NCBI GenBank assembly: GCA_035283325.1
Contig: DATEUF010000056.1
Span: forward strand, 5,908 to 69,907
Direction: 5' to 3'
From: Pyrinomonadaceae bacterium
Lineage (GTDB): Bacteria > Acidobacteriota > Blastocatellia > Pyrinomonadales > Pyrinomonadaceae
DNA: 64,000 bases
Positions 28,138-37,709 of the stretch are shown here, one piece after another (positions within the stretch are counted from its first letter, which is position 1; every line of letters starts with the position of its first letter). A model generated the notes under the pieces. That model saw only the letters and a list, made by a program, of their open reading frames with translations. It searched no databases and was not told where the DNA came from. A program made the position numbers and the translations under genes.

Positions 28138-28676
28138 GACGCGACCCTCCCCAGTTCCTCCACGCTTTCGCTTATCATCCGCGTGTCGTCCTCTGGGCGA
28201 ATTTCCCGCCGGATCAGTTCCTCAGCCATGCGAACGCTCTCCGCCGCCGCGAAGGCTCGCAATTCCTGCCTGGCAGCCTTGCCGGCAATTTCTATCTCAC
28301 GTCGCGCGTCCTCGCGCAACTTGCTCATCTCCATCTCAGTCGCGCGCAAGATTCGCAGCCGCTCCGCTGCTGCTTCAGCCTTTGCTTTTTCCCTAATCGC
28401 GTCCACCGCTGCAGCCAAATTTACAAGACGGCCTTCGACCTCTGCGAGTTTCGCCAGCGCCGCGTCCCTCTCCTCACGCGCTTTTATTAACTCTCTCTTT
28501 ATCTGCTCGCGCCGATTGTGCAGCGCATCCGACAGTGGCCGGCGCAACAAGTAGATCCCGAAGCCAAGGAACACGAAGAGATTAACGAACTTCCAGAGCT
28601 CCAAGCCTGGATAGTTCATCCACCACGGAATGCCCCCTTCTTCGAGTGCTTCAAAAACTAACAGCGTAACGAACAT
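28134..28676 (-). CDS. atpF: F0F1 ATP synthase subunit b
   Basis: A single N-terminal TM segment followed by a long charged coiled coil. It sits upstream of atpH and overlaps it by 4 nt. Confidence 0.8.
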   Translation of the reverse strand: MFVTLLVFEALEEGGIPWWMNYPGLELWKFVNLFVFLGFGIYLLRRPLSDALHNRREQIKRELIKAREERDAALAKLAEVEGRLVNLAAAVDAIREKAKAEAAAERLRILRATEMEMSKLREDARREIEIAGKAARQELRAFAAAESVRMAEELIRREIRPEDDTRMISESVEELGRVAS

Positions 28677-28711
28677 GCACTTTCCTGCTGCCGGTCATTT
28701 CCTATAGCACC

Positions 28712-29173
28712 TTACCCAACGCGACGGCCCAAAATGTGAGAGCTAATTTCCGCGCCTATCCTTCCCGCCTCACCAGCCAGCGTTTCGCGTGCAGCCGCGG
28801 CCTGCCGCCCCACTTCATCCTTCTCGCGGTTCAACAACCCGCTGATTTCCTGTCGCAACTTATCGACCTTCGCCACTCTCTCATCGAGCGCGCCGGCCCG
28901 CTCCCGCTCCAGCAGCAAATAACCCTCTGCACGCGCTTCACGCAATCTCTGCTCGTACAGGGCGAGTCTCTCAGCGACGCTCGCCATCGTGGCCTTCGCC
29001 TGCCTCAGGCCGCCGCGCGTCTCCTTCTCCCGCTCTTCAAGGATACGATTGATTGGTTTAAATAGCGTGAGGTTCAGTATTGCTATCATCCCCGCAATCA
29101 CGAGGATATGAACGAAGAGAGTGCCATCCGGCACCAGTTGAATCGAATTCTCCGCAAAAGCAAGCAGTACCAT
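28712..29173 (-). CDS. F0F1 ATP synthase subunit b' (second b-type subunit)
   Basis: TM helix 'LFVHILVIAGMIAILNLTLFKPI' followed by a coiled coil. It lies immediately upstream of atpF. Confidence 0.75.
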   Translation of the reverse strand: MVLLAFAENSIQLVPDGTLFVHILVIAGMIAILNLTLFKPINRILEEREKETRGGLRQAKATMASVAERLALYEQRLREARAEGYLLLERERAGALDERVAKVDKLRQEISGLLNREKDEVGRQAAAARETLAGEAGRIGAEISSHILGRRVG

Positions 29174-29250
29174 GCCGCACTTCTAAGTCGTCCAGTATCG
29201 CTCGAACACATAGCGACTTTCCGCAAAACGCCCCGGCTCAAAAGTTTCGC

Positions 29251-29280
29251 AGTCTAGCACGTGCTGAAAAAAGCGGTCAA
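29251..29280 (-). promoter_or_regulatory. Candidate promoter for the atp gene cluster
   Basis: On the minus strand: TTGACC (29280-29275), an 18-nt spacer, then TAGACT (29256-29251), about 80 nt upstream of ATG 29173. Confidence 0.3.
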
Positions 29281-29518
29281 GCAACGCCCTTACGCGGTGG
29301 CGTGCGAACATGCGAGTTACTCCGGCCACCTTCTCCACTATTCGAGTCGCTTTTTTTTCGCTTACACTACCAGTACCAAGGCGATCTCTTCAAAGCAAGC
29401 CGAGCCCTTTCAAGCTCCCCTTGTACTAAGTACTATGGCTCACCCAGGCCTATTAGTGCGGCACGACCCAGGCCCCGCCCGGGCGACGCGTTGCGAGGGT
29501 CGCTGTACATTGTACAAG

Positions 29519-30403
29519 TCAACCCGCCGCCGCGTCGGCCCTGGGTGCCAGCAAGCGAAACACTCGGTCAAGATCCTGCGCGCTGTAAAACTCGATCTCG
29601 ATCTTGCCGCCAGGTACCCCTTTACTTTGTACAATGCGTACGCGGGTTCCCAGCCGGCGTCGGAGCTTTCCCTCAGCGGCCCGCACGTTGGCGTCAGTTG
29701 CCTTTGCCTCCCGCGGTTTCGTTGGGCGCGTCCCACCCTCACCCAGTTGCCGAATCATCCGTTCCGTCTCTCTGACAGAGAGTTCCCGTTCAATGACCTT
29801 CCTTGCGGCACGTCGCTGAAGGTCGAAGTCCGCCGTCCCCAGCAGCGCCCGCGCGTGGCCCGCAGATAACCGTCCCTCTTGCACCAACCTCTGTATGTCT
29901 TCCGGAAGCCGCAGTAGACGAAGATAGTTGGTGATATACGAGCGGTCACGACCGACGCGGCTCCCTAACGACTCCTGGGTCAGCCCTATAGTGCTTATTA
30001 ACTTCTGATAGGCTTGCGCTTCCTCTATGGGGTTCAACTCTTCCCGTTGGATATTCTCGATCAGCGCTAGCTCCAGCAGCTTATCGTCCGGCACATCCCT
30101 TATAACTACAGGAACACGCTCCAAGCCGGCCTGCTGCGCCGCACGCCAGCGACGCTCTCCAGCCACCAACTCGAAACGCCTGCCCCGTTTTCTTACGAGC
30201 AACGGCTGTACGATGCCGTTCGCGGCGATCGACTGGGCCAACTCCGTCAACCGCCGATCGTCAAAATAACTACGCGGTTGCATCGGGCTCGGGTCAATCA
30301 GGTCCGTGGGGATTTCCTGTGACGAGTCGCTGTCAATAGTCGTCCTGTCCGCTGACAGCAGCGCGCCCAATCCCCGGCCCAAAGCCTTTCGTGTCATGGG
30401 CAA
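29519..30403 (-). CDS. parB: Chromosome partitioning protein ParB
   Basis: 'KALGRGLGALLS', 'PMQPRSYFDD', 'VRKRGRRFELVAGERRWRAA' and the HTH segment 'LTQESLGSRVGRDRSYITNYLRL'. Confidence 0.95.
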   Translation of the reverse strand: MPMTRKALGRGLGALLSADRTTIDSDSSQEIPTDLIDPSPMQPRSYFDDRRLTELAQSIAANGIVQPLLVRKRGRRFELVAGERRWRAAQQAGLERVPVVIRDVPDDKLLELALIENIQREELNPIEEAQAYQKLISTIGLTQESLGSRVGRDRSYITNYLRLLRLPEDIQRLVQEGRLSAGHARALLGTADFDLQRRAARKVIERELSVRETERMIRQLGEGGTRPTKPREAKATDANVRAAEGKLRRRLGTRVRIVQSKGVPGGKIEIEFYSAQDLDRVFRLLAPRADAAAG

Positions 30404-31151
30404 GTATCTCCTTGGCTAGCTGGAAGTAGGCCTCAGCCCCCTTTGAGTGCACGTCATAGATAATTATCGGCTTTCCGTAGCTTGGCGCTTCCGCAAGCTT
30501 GACATTCCGCGGTATGACCGTCTCAAAAACCTGTTGACCGTAGAAGTCGCGTAGGTCCGAGGCTACTGCCGACGAAAGATTGGTCCGTTCATCGTACATC
30601 GTCAGCAGCAAGCCCTGGATGGTGAGCGCCGGGTTGTGGAGCCGCCGTATACGAGCCAATGTGTCGAATAACTCTGTGACTCCTTCCAGTGCGTAATATT
30701 CGCATTGGATCGGAACCAGCAGAGACTTGGCTGCGGTGAGCGCGTTAAGGGTCAACAGTCCTAGCGACGGCGGGCAATCTATGATGATGAACTCGTAACT
30801 CTCCTCAATGGACTCCAGCACGGTTCGCAAGCGGAATTCCCGCTGGTCCATATCGACCATCTCTATTTCAGCGCCAGTCAACTCTTTGTTGGCCGGGAGC
30901 AGGTGAAGGGAGGGAATTTGTGTCGGGAGAATAAGGCTTTCGAGCGGTTCACCCAGCACTAGAGAATGATAGAGGCTCTTGCGGAAACTCCCGCGATCTA
31001 TGCCGATTCCGGAAGTGGCGTTACCCTGGGGATCGGCGTCCAGCAGTAATACAGGAATTCCGGCGCTGGCAAGTACGGCCGACAAATTAACGGCGGTGGT
31101 TGTTTTACCTACGCCGCCCTTCTGATTTGCAACTGCAATTGTCTTGGCCAT
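30333..31151 (-). CDS. parA: Chromosome partitioning ATPase ParA/Soj
   Basis: Deviant Walker A 'NQKGGVGKTTTAVNL' and 'IIIDCPPSLG'. The 3' end overlaps the parB start by 71 nt. Confidence 0.95.
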   Translation of the reverse strand: MAKTIAVANQKGGVGKTTTAVNLSAVLASAGIPVLLLDADPQGNATSGIGIDRGSFRKSLYHSLVLGEPLESLILPTQIPSLHLLPANKELTGAEIEMVDMDQREFRLRTVLESIEESYEFIIIDCPPSLGLLTLNALTAAKSLLVPIQCEYYALEGVTELFDTLARIRRLHNPALTIQGLLLTMYDERTNLSSAVASDLRDFYGQQVFETVIPRNVKLAEAPSYGKPIIIYDVHSKGAEAYFQLAKEILAHDTKGFGPGIGRAAVSGQDDY

Positions 31152-31258
31152 CCGCTCGAGCGCAAGCGCGCGCGCCTAAACTAACACACCCCGGGATGAA
31201 CTTCTACCGAGCCCTAACGGCAAATGGTTTTATCCGTCTTCGGATCCCAAGGGGGCGA

Positions 31259-31298
31259 TGTTTCACGTGTCCCCTTCGCGCCCGGGGATCCGTGAAAC
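31259..31298. promoter_or_regulatory. Split parS-like sequence
   Basis: TGTTTCACGTG (31259-31269) and CGTGAAAC (31291-31298) match the two halves of the parS consensus TGTTNCACGTGAAACA. They are separated by 21 nt. Confidence 0.35.
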
Positions 31299-31303
31299 CC
31301 AAC

Positions 31304-33187
31304 TCACGCTGCCCTCTTCCCTACACTCAGATGCACCAACAGCGTCGCTAACGCTGCGCTAGTCATCCCCGAAATTCTCCGCGCCTGCCCGAATGTCGCC
31401 GGCCTGGCCCGTTCCAATCGCTCCACCATCTCATGCGAGAGACCGCTAAGCCGCCGATACTCCAGCTCGGACGGAATTCGCAAATTATCGTGCTGCTGCA
31501 ACCGCTCCAATGTCGCCCTCTGGGCCTCGATGTAACCTGCATACAGAGCGTCAGCGAGCGCCGCCTCCAAATCCTCTGCGATTACCATAGTCCTTTCAGC
31601 CGCAGGCAGCAGTGCCAGGATCAACTCCGGCGTCACCCCAGGCCGCTTTGCCAACTGGCCCAATGTCAGAGAATCCCCCAGCTCCTGGCCGAGCCGGACG
31701 CTAATGGCAGCGTGGGCCGCATCGGAGCGCTTCAGCCGCCGCTCATCCAGGACCTTCCGCAGCCTTGCTATCCGGTCTCGCCTCGCTTGAAATCGTTCCC
31801 ACTCATGATCTCCCACCAACCCCAGATTGCGCCCATAAACGGAGAGCCGTGCGTCCGCGTTGTCATGCCGCAGCGCCAACCGGTATTCAGCACGTGACGT
31901 GAAGATTCGATAAGGCTCATCAACGCCCTGGGATATGAGGTCGTCAATTAGCACGCCAATATATGACTCCTCCCGACGCAACCGAAAATTCTCTCGGCCT
32001 CTTACCCAAAGCGCGGCGTTGACTCCGGCAACAAATCCCTGGCAGGCGGCCTCTTCGTACCCGGTAGTACCGTTTATCTGCCCGGCGTGAAATAACCCGC
32101 CAACACGGGCCGTTTGCAGATCTGGGCCAAGCGTCCGCGGGTCGACATAATCGTATTCAATCGCGTAGCCAGGCCGAATAATTCTGGCCTCCTCCAGGCC
32201 CGGGATCATTCTCACCAATTCCTGTTGCAATTCTGCCGGGAGCGATGTCGAAAACCCATTCAGGTACACCTCATTTGTGCCCTGACCCTCGGGCTCCAGA
32301 AAAAGTTGGTGCCGCTCTTTATCCCCAAACTTTACAATCTTGTCCTCTATCGACGGACAATAGCGCGGACCCACTCCCTTTATCTTGCCTGAATACAGCG
32401 GAGACTCATGAAGATTATCCTTGATTGCGCCGTGCATTCTCGCATTCGTGTATCCAATGAAGCAGTTGATCTGTTCCTGCTCGATAGACTCCGTCGAGAA
32501 TGAAAAGGGCACGGGCCTTTCGTCCGGCGGTTGCGGTACAAAAGCTTCCCAGTCGATTGTCCTTCCATCCAGCCTTGGTGGCGTACCTGTTTTCAATCTT
32601 CCCACAGGGAAACCAAGCCGCTTGAGGCTTTCAGCCAAATCAACCGAAGCCGGCTCGCCCGCCCTTCCTGCGCTGTAGCTTCGCCGTCCCGTATGGACCA
32701 ACCCGTTCAAGAACGTTCCTGTGGCGATTACTACCGCCCGGGCCCTCAACCTCCGAGTGTCTTGCATCTCCACTCCGAAGACCACATCATCACGCACCAC
32801 CAGATCGACGACCATTCCCTGTCGCAAGTGCAAATTTGGTGTAGCCTCGAGTACAGCTCGCATCTCCCGCCGGTAGAGCGAGCGGTCTGCCTGCGCCCGC
32901 GGTGACTGAACTGCCGGCCCCCGCGAGCGATTTAGCAGACGAAACTGAATTCCGGTTCGATCGATAACCCGGCCCATAATCCCGCCCAGCGCGTCGATCT
33001 CTCGAACCAGATGCCCCTTTGCGATTCCGCCGATGGCTGGATTGCATGACATCTGCCCGATCAGGTCCAGATTCAAAGTTACCAACGCCGTTTCCGCTCC
33101 TAACCGTGCAGAAGCTGAAGCCGCCTCACAGCCGGCATGTCCGCCACCTATGACAACCACGTCAAAGAGTTCATCGAATGGCATCAC
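31304..33187 (-). CDS. mnmG: tRNA uridine-5-carboxymethylaminomethyl(34) synthesis enzyme MnmG
   Basis: 'DVVVIGGGHAGCEAA', 'NPAIGGIAKGHLVREIDALGG', 'GQINGTTGYEEAA'. Confidence 0.95.
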   Translation of the reverse strand: MMPFDELFDVVVIGGGHAGCEAASASARLGAETALVTLNLDLIGQMSCNPAIGGIAKGHLVREIDALGGIMGRVIDRTGIQFRLLNRSRGPAVQSPRAQADRSLYRREMRAVLEATPNLHLRQGMVVDLVVRDDVVFGVEMQDTRRLRARAVVIATGTFLNGLVHTGRRSYSAGRAGEPASVDLAESLKRLGFPVGRLKTGTPPRLDGRTIDWEAFVPQPPDERPVPFSFSTESIEQEQINCFIGYTNARMHGAIKDNLHESPLYSGKIKGVGPRYCPSIEDKIVKFGDKERHQLFLEPEGQGTNEVYLNGFSTSLPAELQQELVRMIPGLEEARIIRPGYAIEYDYVDPRTLGPDLQTARVGGLFHAGQINGTTGYEEAACQGFVAGVNAALWVRGRENFRLRREESYIGVLIDDLISQGVDEPYRIFTSRAEYRLALRHDNADARLSVYGRNLGLVGDHEWERFQARRDRIARLRKVLDERRLKRSDAAHAAISVRLGQELGDSLTLGQLAKRPGVTPELILALLPAAERTMVIAEDLEAALADALYAGYIEAQRATLERLQQHDNLRIPSELEYRRLSGLSHEMVERLERARPATFGQARRISGMTSAALATLLVHLSVGKRAA

Positions 33188-34542
33188 TATTTTCCAATAC
33201 AGAAGGTAGCGAAGATTCTCGACAAGACTTCCTCTGGAGTAGTCTCCCCGGTTATCTCACCCAGGAACCTCAGCGCGTTGTGCAATCCCACCAGGACCAA
33301 CTCCTCACTGGCACCCTGCTCCAACAGCGAACACGCGGCTTCCAGCTCAGTCTTCGCTCTACAAACTTGATCGTAGTGCCGAGCATCACTTATTAAAACC
33401 GTGGCCTCTTCCGAGTCGATGGTTCCAAACGGCTCCAGTATAGCAGCCCAGAGTCTATCGACGCCGTGCCCGGTTATCGCCGAGACCTCAATCGGTGCGC
33501 AACTCTCAATCGACTCCGCGAAACGACTGTCGAAGCCAACGAGGTCAACCTTATTGATTGCCACTACGTGTCTGCGGCCTGACACATCCGCTAGCATCTG
33601 CACGTCTTCCGGCAAGAGTTCGGTCGCTCCATCCAGAACCAGTAATAGGAGATCTGCGTCCGCCATGGCCCGCCTTGTACGCTCTATGCCAATTCTTTCG
33701 ACCGCATCCTTCGCCTCATGCACCCCCGCCGTGTCAGTAAGTAAAATTGGCATCCCTTCAATGGCGATGCTCTCTGTCAGACTATCGCGCGTCGTACCAG
33801 GAAATTCGGTGACGATGGCTCGGTCAGCTTTCAGTAACCTATTGAACAGACTAGACTTACCGACGTTCGGCCGCCCTATGATGGCAACCCTTAAACCGTT
33901 TCTTAACAAAACCCCACTGCGGAATGTAGAGGCTAATTGACCCAACCTCTGGATGACGTCTTGAAGCTCTTGGCCAAGCTCCTTCATCCTCACTTCGGGC
34001 AAGTCGTCCTCGACAAACTCAACGGCCGATTCGAGTGTCACAATAGTTGACAGCAATATTTCCTTCGTGGGTTTCAGCCACTGGGATAACTCTCCATGCA
34101 ACTGTCTTACTGCGTTGCGCGCTGCGGCCATTGTCTTCGCATCAATCAGATCGCGAATCCCCTCAGCCTGGCTGAGGTTTATCTTACCGTTAGCCAAAGC
34201 GCGCAAAGTGAATTCCCCTGGACCAGCGAGCCGCGCGTTAAGCCCGAGTGCAAGATCGATGATCTGTCGCAAGACTACCGGCGAACCATGACAACTCAAC
34301 TCTACAACATCCTCACCAGTAAAGGAGTGTGGTCCCTTGAAGTAACCCAGCAGGACTTGATCGATGACGCCGCCTGTTTCAGGATCTTTAATGCCCTTCA
34401 GCATTACTCTTCCAGCCTGCGGGGAAAAATTCTGCTGTCCAATAAGTGCCCCGGCGATGGCAACTGATTCCGGACCACTAAGGCGGACCACACCGATGGC
34501 GCTGCGTCCCAACGCTGTTGCTAATGCGACAATGGTGCTCAT
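33187..34542 (-). CDS. mnmE: tRNA modification GTPase MnmE
   Basis: 'IVALATALGRSAIGVVRLSG', G1 'GRPNVGKSSL', and the C-terminal 'FCIGK'. Confidence 0.95.
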   Translation of the reverse strand: MSTIVALATALGRSAIGVVRLSGPESVAIAGALIGQQNFSPQAGRVMLKGIKDPETGGVIDQVLLGYFKGPHSFTGEDVVELSCHGSPVVLRQIIDLALGLNARLAGPGEFTLRALANGKINLSQAEGIRDLIDAKTMAAARNAVRQLHGELSQWLKPTKEILLSTIVTLESAVEFVEDDLPEVRMKELGQELQDVIQRLGQLASTFRSGVLLRNGLRVAIIGRPNVGKSSLFNRLLKADRAIVTEFPGTTRDSLTESIAIEGMPILLTDTAGVHEAKDAVERIGIERTRRAMADADLLLLVLDGATELLPEDVQMLADVSGRRHVVAINKVDLVGFDSRFAESIESCAPIEVSAITGHGVDRLWAAILEPFGTIDSEEATVLISDARHYDQVCRAKTELEAACSLLEQGASEELVLVGLHNALRFLGEITGETTPEEVLSRIFATFCIGK

Positions 34543-34580
34543 GCACTCGACCCGGATGAGAGAAGCAGGCAGGGTCTTGC

Positions 34581-35078
34581 TCAGGACATGCGTTTCAAAC
34601 CCACTCGCAGCTTTCGGTCCGCTCCTTCTCCCACGGATTCCGTGTAGAGATCGGTGATATCTGCGAGAGTGAGGTGAATTATTCTTCGCTCATTGGCAGT
34701 CATAGGCCCGAAGATGAAGTCGACGCCGGTGGACCGCACACGATCCGCGGCGTGATTGGCCATCGCCCGGAGCTCCGCTTCCCGTGTGGCCCGAAAGCTA
34801 TGAACGTCACACACGAGGCGCTGGCCCTTGGGGAGCATTCGACCGCGCGCCTGGTTAACGAGATGCTGAAGCGCCTCCAGCAATTCTCCGCCTTCCGCCT
34901 GAAGCAAGCCAGCGTCTGGGCCATCCAAATCCAACACACATTGCCCGGGGTCTTCATTCACCGCGACGCTCAGGCTCAATCCGGCGCCATCAAACAACGA
35001 CTGCAAAAAGTTGGCGGCATCCTTGCAAGCTTCATTCATGATTTCCTTAAGACTCCACTCACCATTGCCACTTGTCAA
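34581..35078 (-). CDS. jag: Jag/KhpB-type RNA-binding protein (KH plus R3H domains)
   Basis: 'NERRIIHLTLAD' R3H motif. The position downstream of yidC is conserved. Confidence 0.8.
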   Translation of the reverse strand: MTSGNGEWSLKEIMNEACKDAANFLQSLFDGAGLSLSVAVNEDPGQCVLDLDGPDAGLLQAEGGELLEALQHLVNQARGRMLPKGQRLVCDVHSFRATREAELRAMANHAADRVRSTGVDFIFGPMTANERRIIHLTLADITDLYTESVGEGADRKLRVGLKRMS

Positions 35079-36913
35079 GCCTGGGACTGCTTCGCCGTGG
35101 CCATATTTCTTCGTGCCGTTGCTTGTCGATTTTTGGCCTCGGGCGGTTCCTGATCATCTTCGGACCTGGTCCAACGATTAATGAGAAATTGTTGTGTAAA
35201 CCCGACTATATTGCCAACTAGCCAATAGACCAACAAACCTGATGGCGCGCCCCACAAAACGTAAAGCATGAAGAGCGGCATCCCAATCGCCATCATCTTT
35301 CTTTGCAAGGGGTCAGCTGAGGGCGCAGGAGTGATCAATTGCAGAATGATCATGGTCGCTGCCATGAGGACTTCGAGTATGTGATAGGGATCGCCTGCGG
35401 ACAGATCTGGAAGCCAGAGAAAGCTCGCCTGCCGAAAATCCAGCGAGATGGTGATGGCCCTGTAGAGTGCGAAGAGAAAAGGCATCTGGATTAACAGCGG
35501 CAGACATCCTCCAAGGGGGTTCCCCTCTTTCATCAACCTCAGCTGTTCCACTTGCAGTTCCTTCAGTCGCGGGTCCGTCTGCTTCATCCCCTTGATCTTT
35601 TCCTGCAACTCTTTCATCCGTGGGGCAAGTTTCTGAGCTTTCTTCATCGCTTTTGAAGAGCGCCACTTCAAAGGGAAGAACAGCGAGTAGATCACGATGG
35701 TGAACAAGATTATTGCAATACCATAACTGTTGGTTAGCTCGCGCAGCCATTTAATGGCTCGCAGAATCGGAACAGCGAGAGGACGAGAAAGCCAACTAAA
35801 CCAGCCATAATCGATCAACCGCTCAAGATCGGTAACGCGGCCCGTAGCCCTCGTGATTGCCCCACTCTCCGCAGTCAATAAGTAGTGGTCCTTCGGACCC
35901 GCATAGACGATGGTGCGAGAGCCGTCCGGAATAATCGGAACCAAAGCCGTCAGCAAGTATCGCTTTTCCTGCTTTGTGCCGTTGGGTGAATCATATTGGA
36001 CTGTGCGATATTCGAGACCCTCGGTCGGCACTGCCGGAATAGCCACCATTCCGAAATACGTGTCGCCAACACCCGCCCAGTCTACTAATCCTGCAATGCG
36101 CAACAGATCCGGACTGTTCTTGTTCTCGTTGATCGATTGCGCCGCGTGGCGCTCCAGTCTGTTGCCCACAAAGGAAATAGCCTCGGGTGCAACTGAATAG
36201 AAGCTATAGGCTTTTACGCCCTGGTCCCCGATGCTAGGGCCGATATTTAGCTTGACCTGAGGAACAACCGCGTCACCCCTTTTCATGGTGACTTCAACGT
36301 CTGTGCTGTAAGTCGCGCCGTCAAATGTAATCCTCTTCGAAACGATCAGCCCACTACGCTGATCGGCAAGAGCGAAGGTAATGCGTCGCTTCTCGTCGGG
36401 GCCCAAAGTGAGTTCAACGTTCTGGTCCTGATTCTCAACTCCTTCAATCCTGTAACTGGTGGTAGCGAGAAGACCATCAACCGCACTATCTCCCGTGGAG
36501 AGGAGTAGCGGGCCTTCTGGAGGCTGTCGCGCCAGTCCGGCCGCTGAAATAAGCTCCAGGGGAAGTGGATTCTTCGTGTCACCACCGACTGAATAAATGC
36601 TACTGCCACTATTCTTGTTCTTCTTAATAATCCAGCTAACCGCAATGGCGCCCCGACTATCAAGCTTTGCTTCATAGAGTGGTGTCTTGACGGTTACCGT
36701 ACGATGTGCTGCTTCGGTTGCGGGCAGGATTGATTGGGTAACGGAAGTCGACTGCTGCTGGGGCGTCGGAGAATGTAAAACTGACGGTGCAGGCGTTGCT
36801 GCTGTTGGAGTCGGTGGGTTCTCTTGCGGCTGCTTTACCGGAACAAAGTAGCTCCACAAAAACAGAATTGCCGTAGAAATCAGTAAGGCGAGTACTAAAC
36901 GTTTCTGTTGCAT
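35075..36913 (-). CDS. yidC: Membrane protein insertase YidC
   Basis: N-terminal TM segment, a large periplasmic domain, and the C-terminal 60-kDa IMP core ('GGCLPLLIQMPFLFALY'). It lies in the rnpA-yidD-yidC context. Confidence 0.95.
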   Translation of the reverse strand: MQQKRLVLALLISTAILFLWSYFVPVKQPQENPPTPTAATPAPSVLHSPTPQQQSTSVTQSILPATEAAHRTVTVKTPLYEAKLDSRGAIAVSWIIKKNKNSGSSIYSVGGDTKNPLPLELISAAGLARQPPEGPLLLSTGDSAVDGLLATTSYRIEGVENQDQNVELTLGPDEKRRITFALADQRSGLIVSKRITFDGATYSTDVEVTMKRGDAVVPQVKLNIGPSIGDQGVKAYSFYSVAPEAISFVGNRLERHAAQSINENKNSPDLLRIAGLVDWAGVGDTYFGMVAIPAVPTEGLEYRTVQYDSPNGTKQEKRYLLTALVPIIPDGSRTIVYAGPKDHYLLTAESGAITRATGRVTDLERLIDYGWFSWLSRPLAVPILRAIKWLRELTNSYGIAIILFTIVIYSLFFPLKWRSSKAMKKAQKLAPRMKELQEKIKGMKQTDPRLKELQVEQLRLMKEGNPLGGCLPLLIQMPFLFALYRAITISLDFRQASFLWLPDLSAGDPYHILEVLMAATMIILQLITPAPSADPLQRKMMAIGMPLFMLYVLWGAPSGLLVYWLVGNIVGFTQQFLINRWTRSEDDQEPPEAKNRQATARRNMATAKQSQA

Positions 36914-36953
36914 CTATCGTTCGAGGCTGAGTCGACTGGTCCCATGCAGCAAC

Positions 36954-37169
36954 CTATTTGTGCTTGACGGGATCATAACCACCAGCACTGAAGGGGTGGC
37001 AGCGCAGCACCCTCCAAGCGGCCAGAGCTGAGCCCCGCAGAACGCCATAACCCCTGATCGCGTCGATGGCGTACTCTGAACAAGAGGGAACGAATCTACA
37101 GGCAGGTGGAAGCAGCGGTGATAAAGCCAGCTTGTAAAACCGAAGTATTGATATCAGGATTATCTTCAC
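36954..37169 (-). CDS. yidD: Membrane protein insertion efficiency factor YidD
   Basis: '[11 protein letters not shown]', 'RCHPF..GGYDPV'. Confidence 0.95.
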   Translation of the reverse strand: MKIILISILRFYKLALSPLLPPACRFVPSCSEYAIDAIRGYGVLRGSALAAWRVLRCHPFSAGGYDPVKHK

Positions 37170-37532
37170 TTAACCGTGAGCCCCTATTGCGTTCTCGTGG
37201 CTCGCTACATCTTCCAGGACGGTTTCAAACTCAGTGAGCACGCCTGCTATCTTCACCGACGCCGTCTCCCTTCGCGCGTTCAGCACCCAGTCATATTTGA
37301 GCCGCAGACCCTGCAAGGCCACTTCCTTCAAGCGAAAGGCCTCCCGAACCAAACGCTTCGCTCGATTCCGGTCTACCGCCTTGCCCAGTGCCTTCCTGGA
37401 AGCTGTTATTCCGAGGCGATGGTCAGAATAACTATTGGGCAAGACAAAGACGGTAAGCAGCGACGCCTCGTAACGTTTGCCCTTACGATATACTTTTTGA
37501 AAATCGCTCCTTCGTCGAAGACATTCGCTCAT
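37170..37532 (-). CDS. rnpA: Ribonuclease P protein component
   Basis: 120 aa and basic, with 'KAVDRNRAKRLVREAFR' (RNR motif). Located between rpmH and yidD. Confidence 0.9.
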   Translation of the reverse strand: MSECLRRRSDFQKVYRKGKRYEASLLTVFVLPNSYSDHRLGITASRKALGKAVDRNRAKRLVREAFRLKEVALQGLRLKYDWVLNARRETASVKIAGVLTEFETVLEDVASHENAIGAHG

Positions 37533-37562
37533 AGATCGCCGGAGCTACTCAGAGTCCCGGTT

Positions 37563-37709
37563 TCAGTAGTGGGCCGGCGTCAGGCGCTTGCGGCCCTTTG
37601 CTCGCCTTCTCTTAAGTACCAGCCGTCCCGCTTTGCTCGCCATTCGCGCCCTGAAGCCATGCGTCTTTGCGCGTCGCCTATTGTTTGGTTGAAAAGTGCG
37701 TTTCGACAT
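37563..37709 (-). CDS. rpmH: 50S ribosomal protein L34
   Basis: Hand translation of the minus strand gives [54 protein letters not shown] lies upstream. Too short to appear in the ORF track. Confidence 0.9.
   Translation of the reverse strand: MSKRTFQPNNRRRAKTHGFRARMASKAGRLVLKRRRAKGRKRLTPAHY

Noticed and set aside
26814-28396. Long plus-strand ORFs (26814-27857, 347 aa; 27668-28396, 242 aa) antisense to atpA, atpH and atpF.
   Set aside because: Their translations are low-complexity and rich in Arg/Ser/Pro/Ala, with no motifs. They lie entirely opposite strongly recognisable ATP synthase genes. These are typical shadow ORFs of GC-rich coding DNA.
29080-29869. Plus-strand ORFs 29080-29775 and 29261-29869, plus the minus-strand ORFs 29440-29742 and 29755-29949, around the atp-parB spacer.
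   Set aside because: They overlap parB out of frame or antisense, or run through non-coding spacer. Their composition is Arg/Pro-rich and none has an RBS or a recognisable motif.
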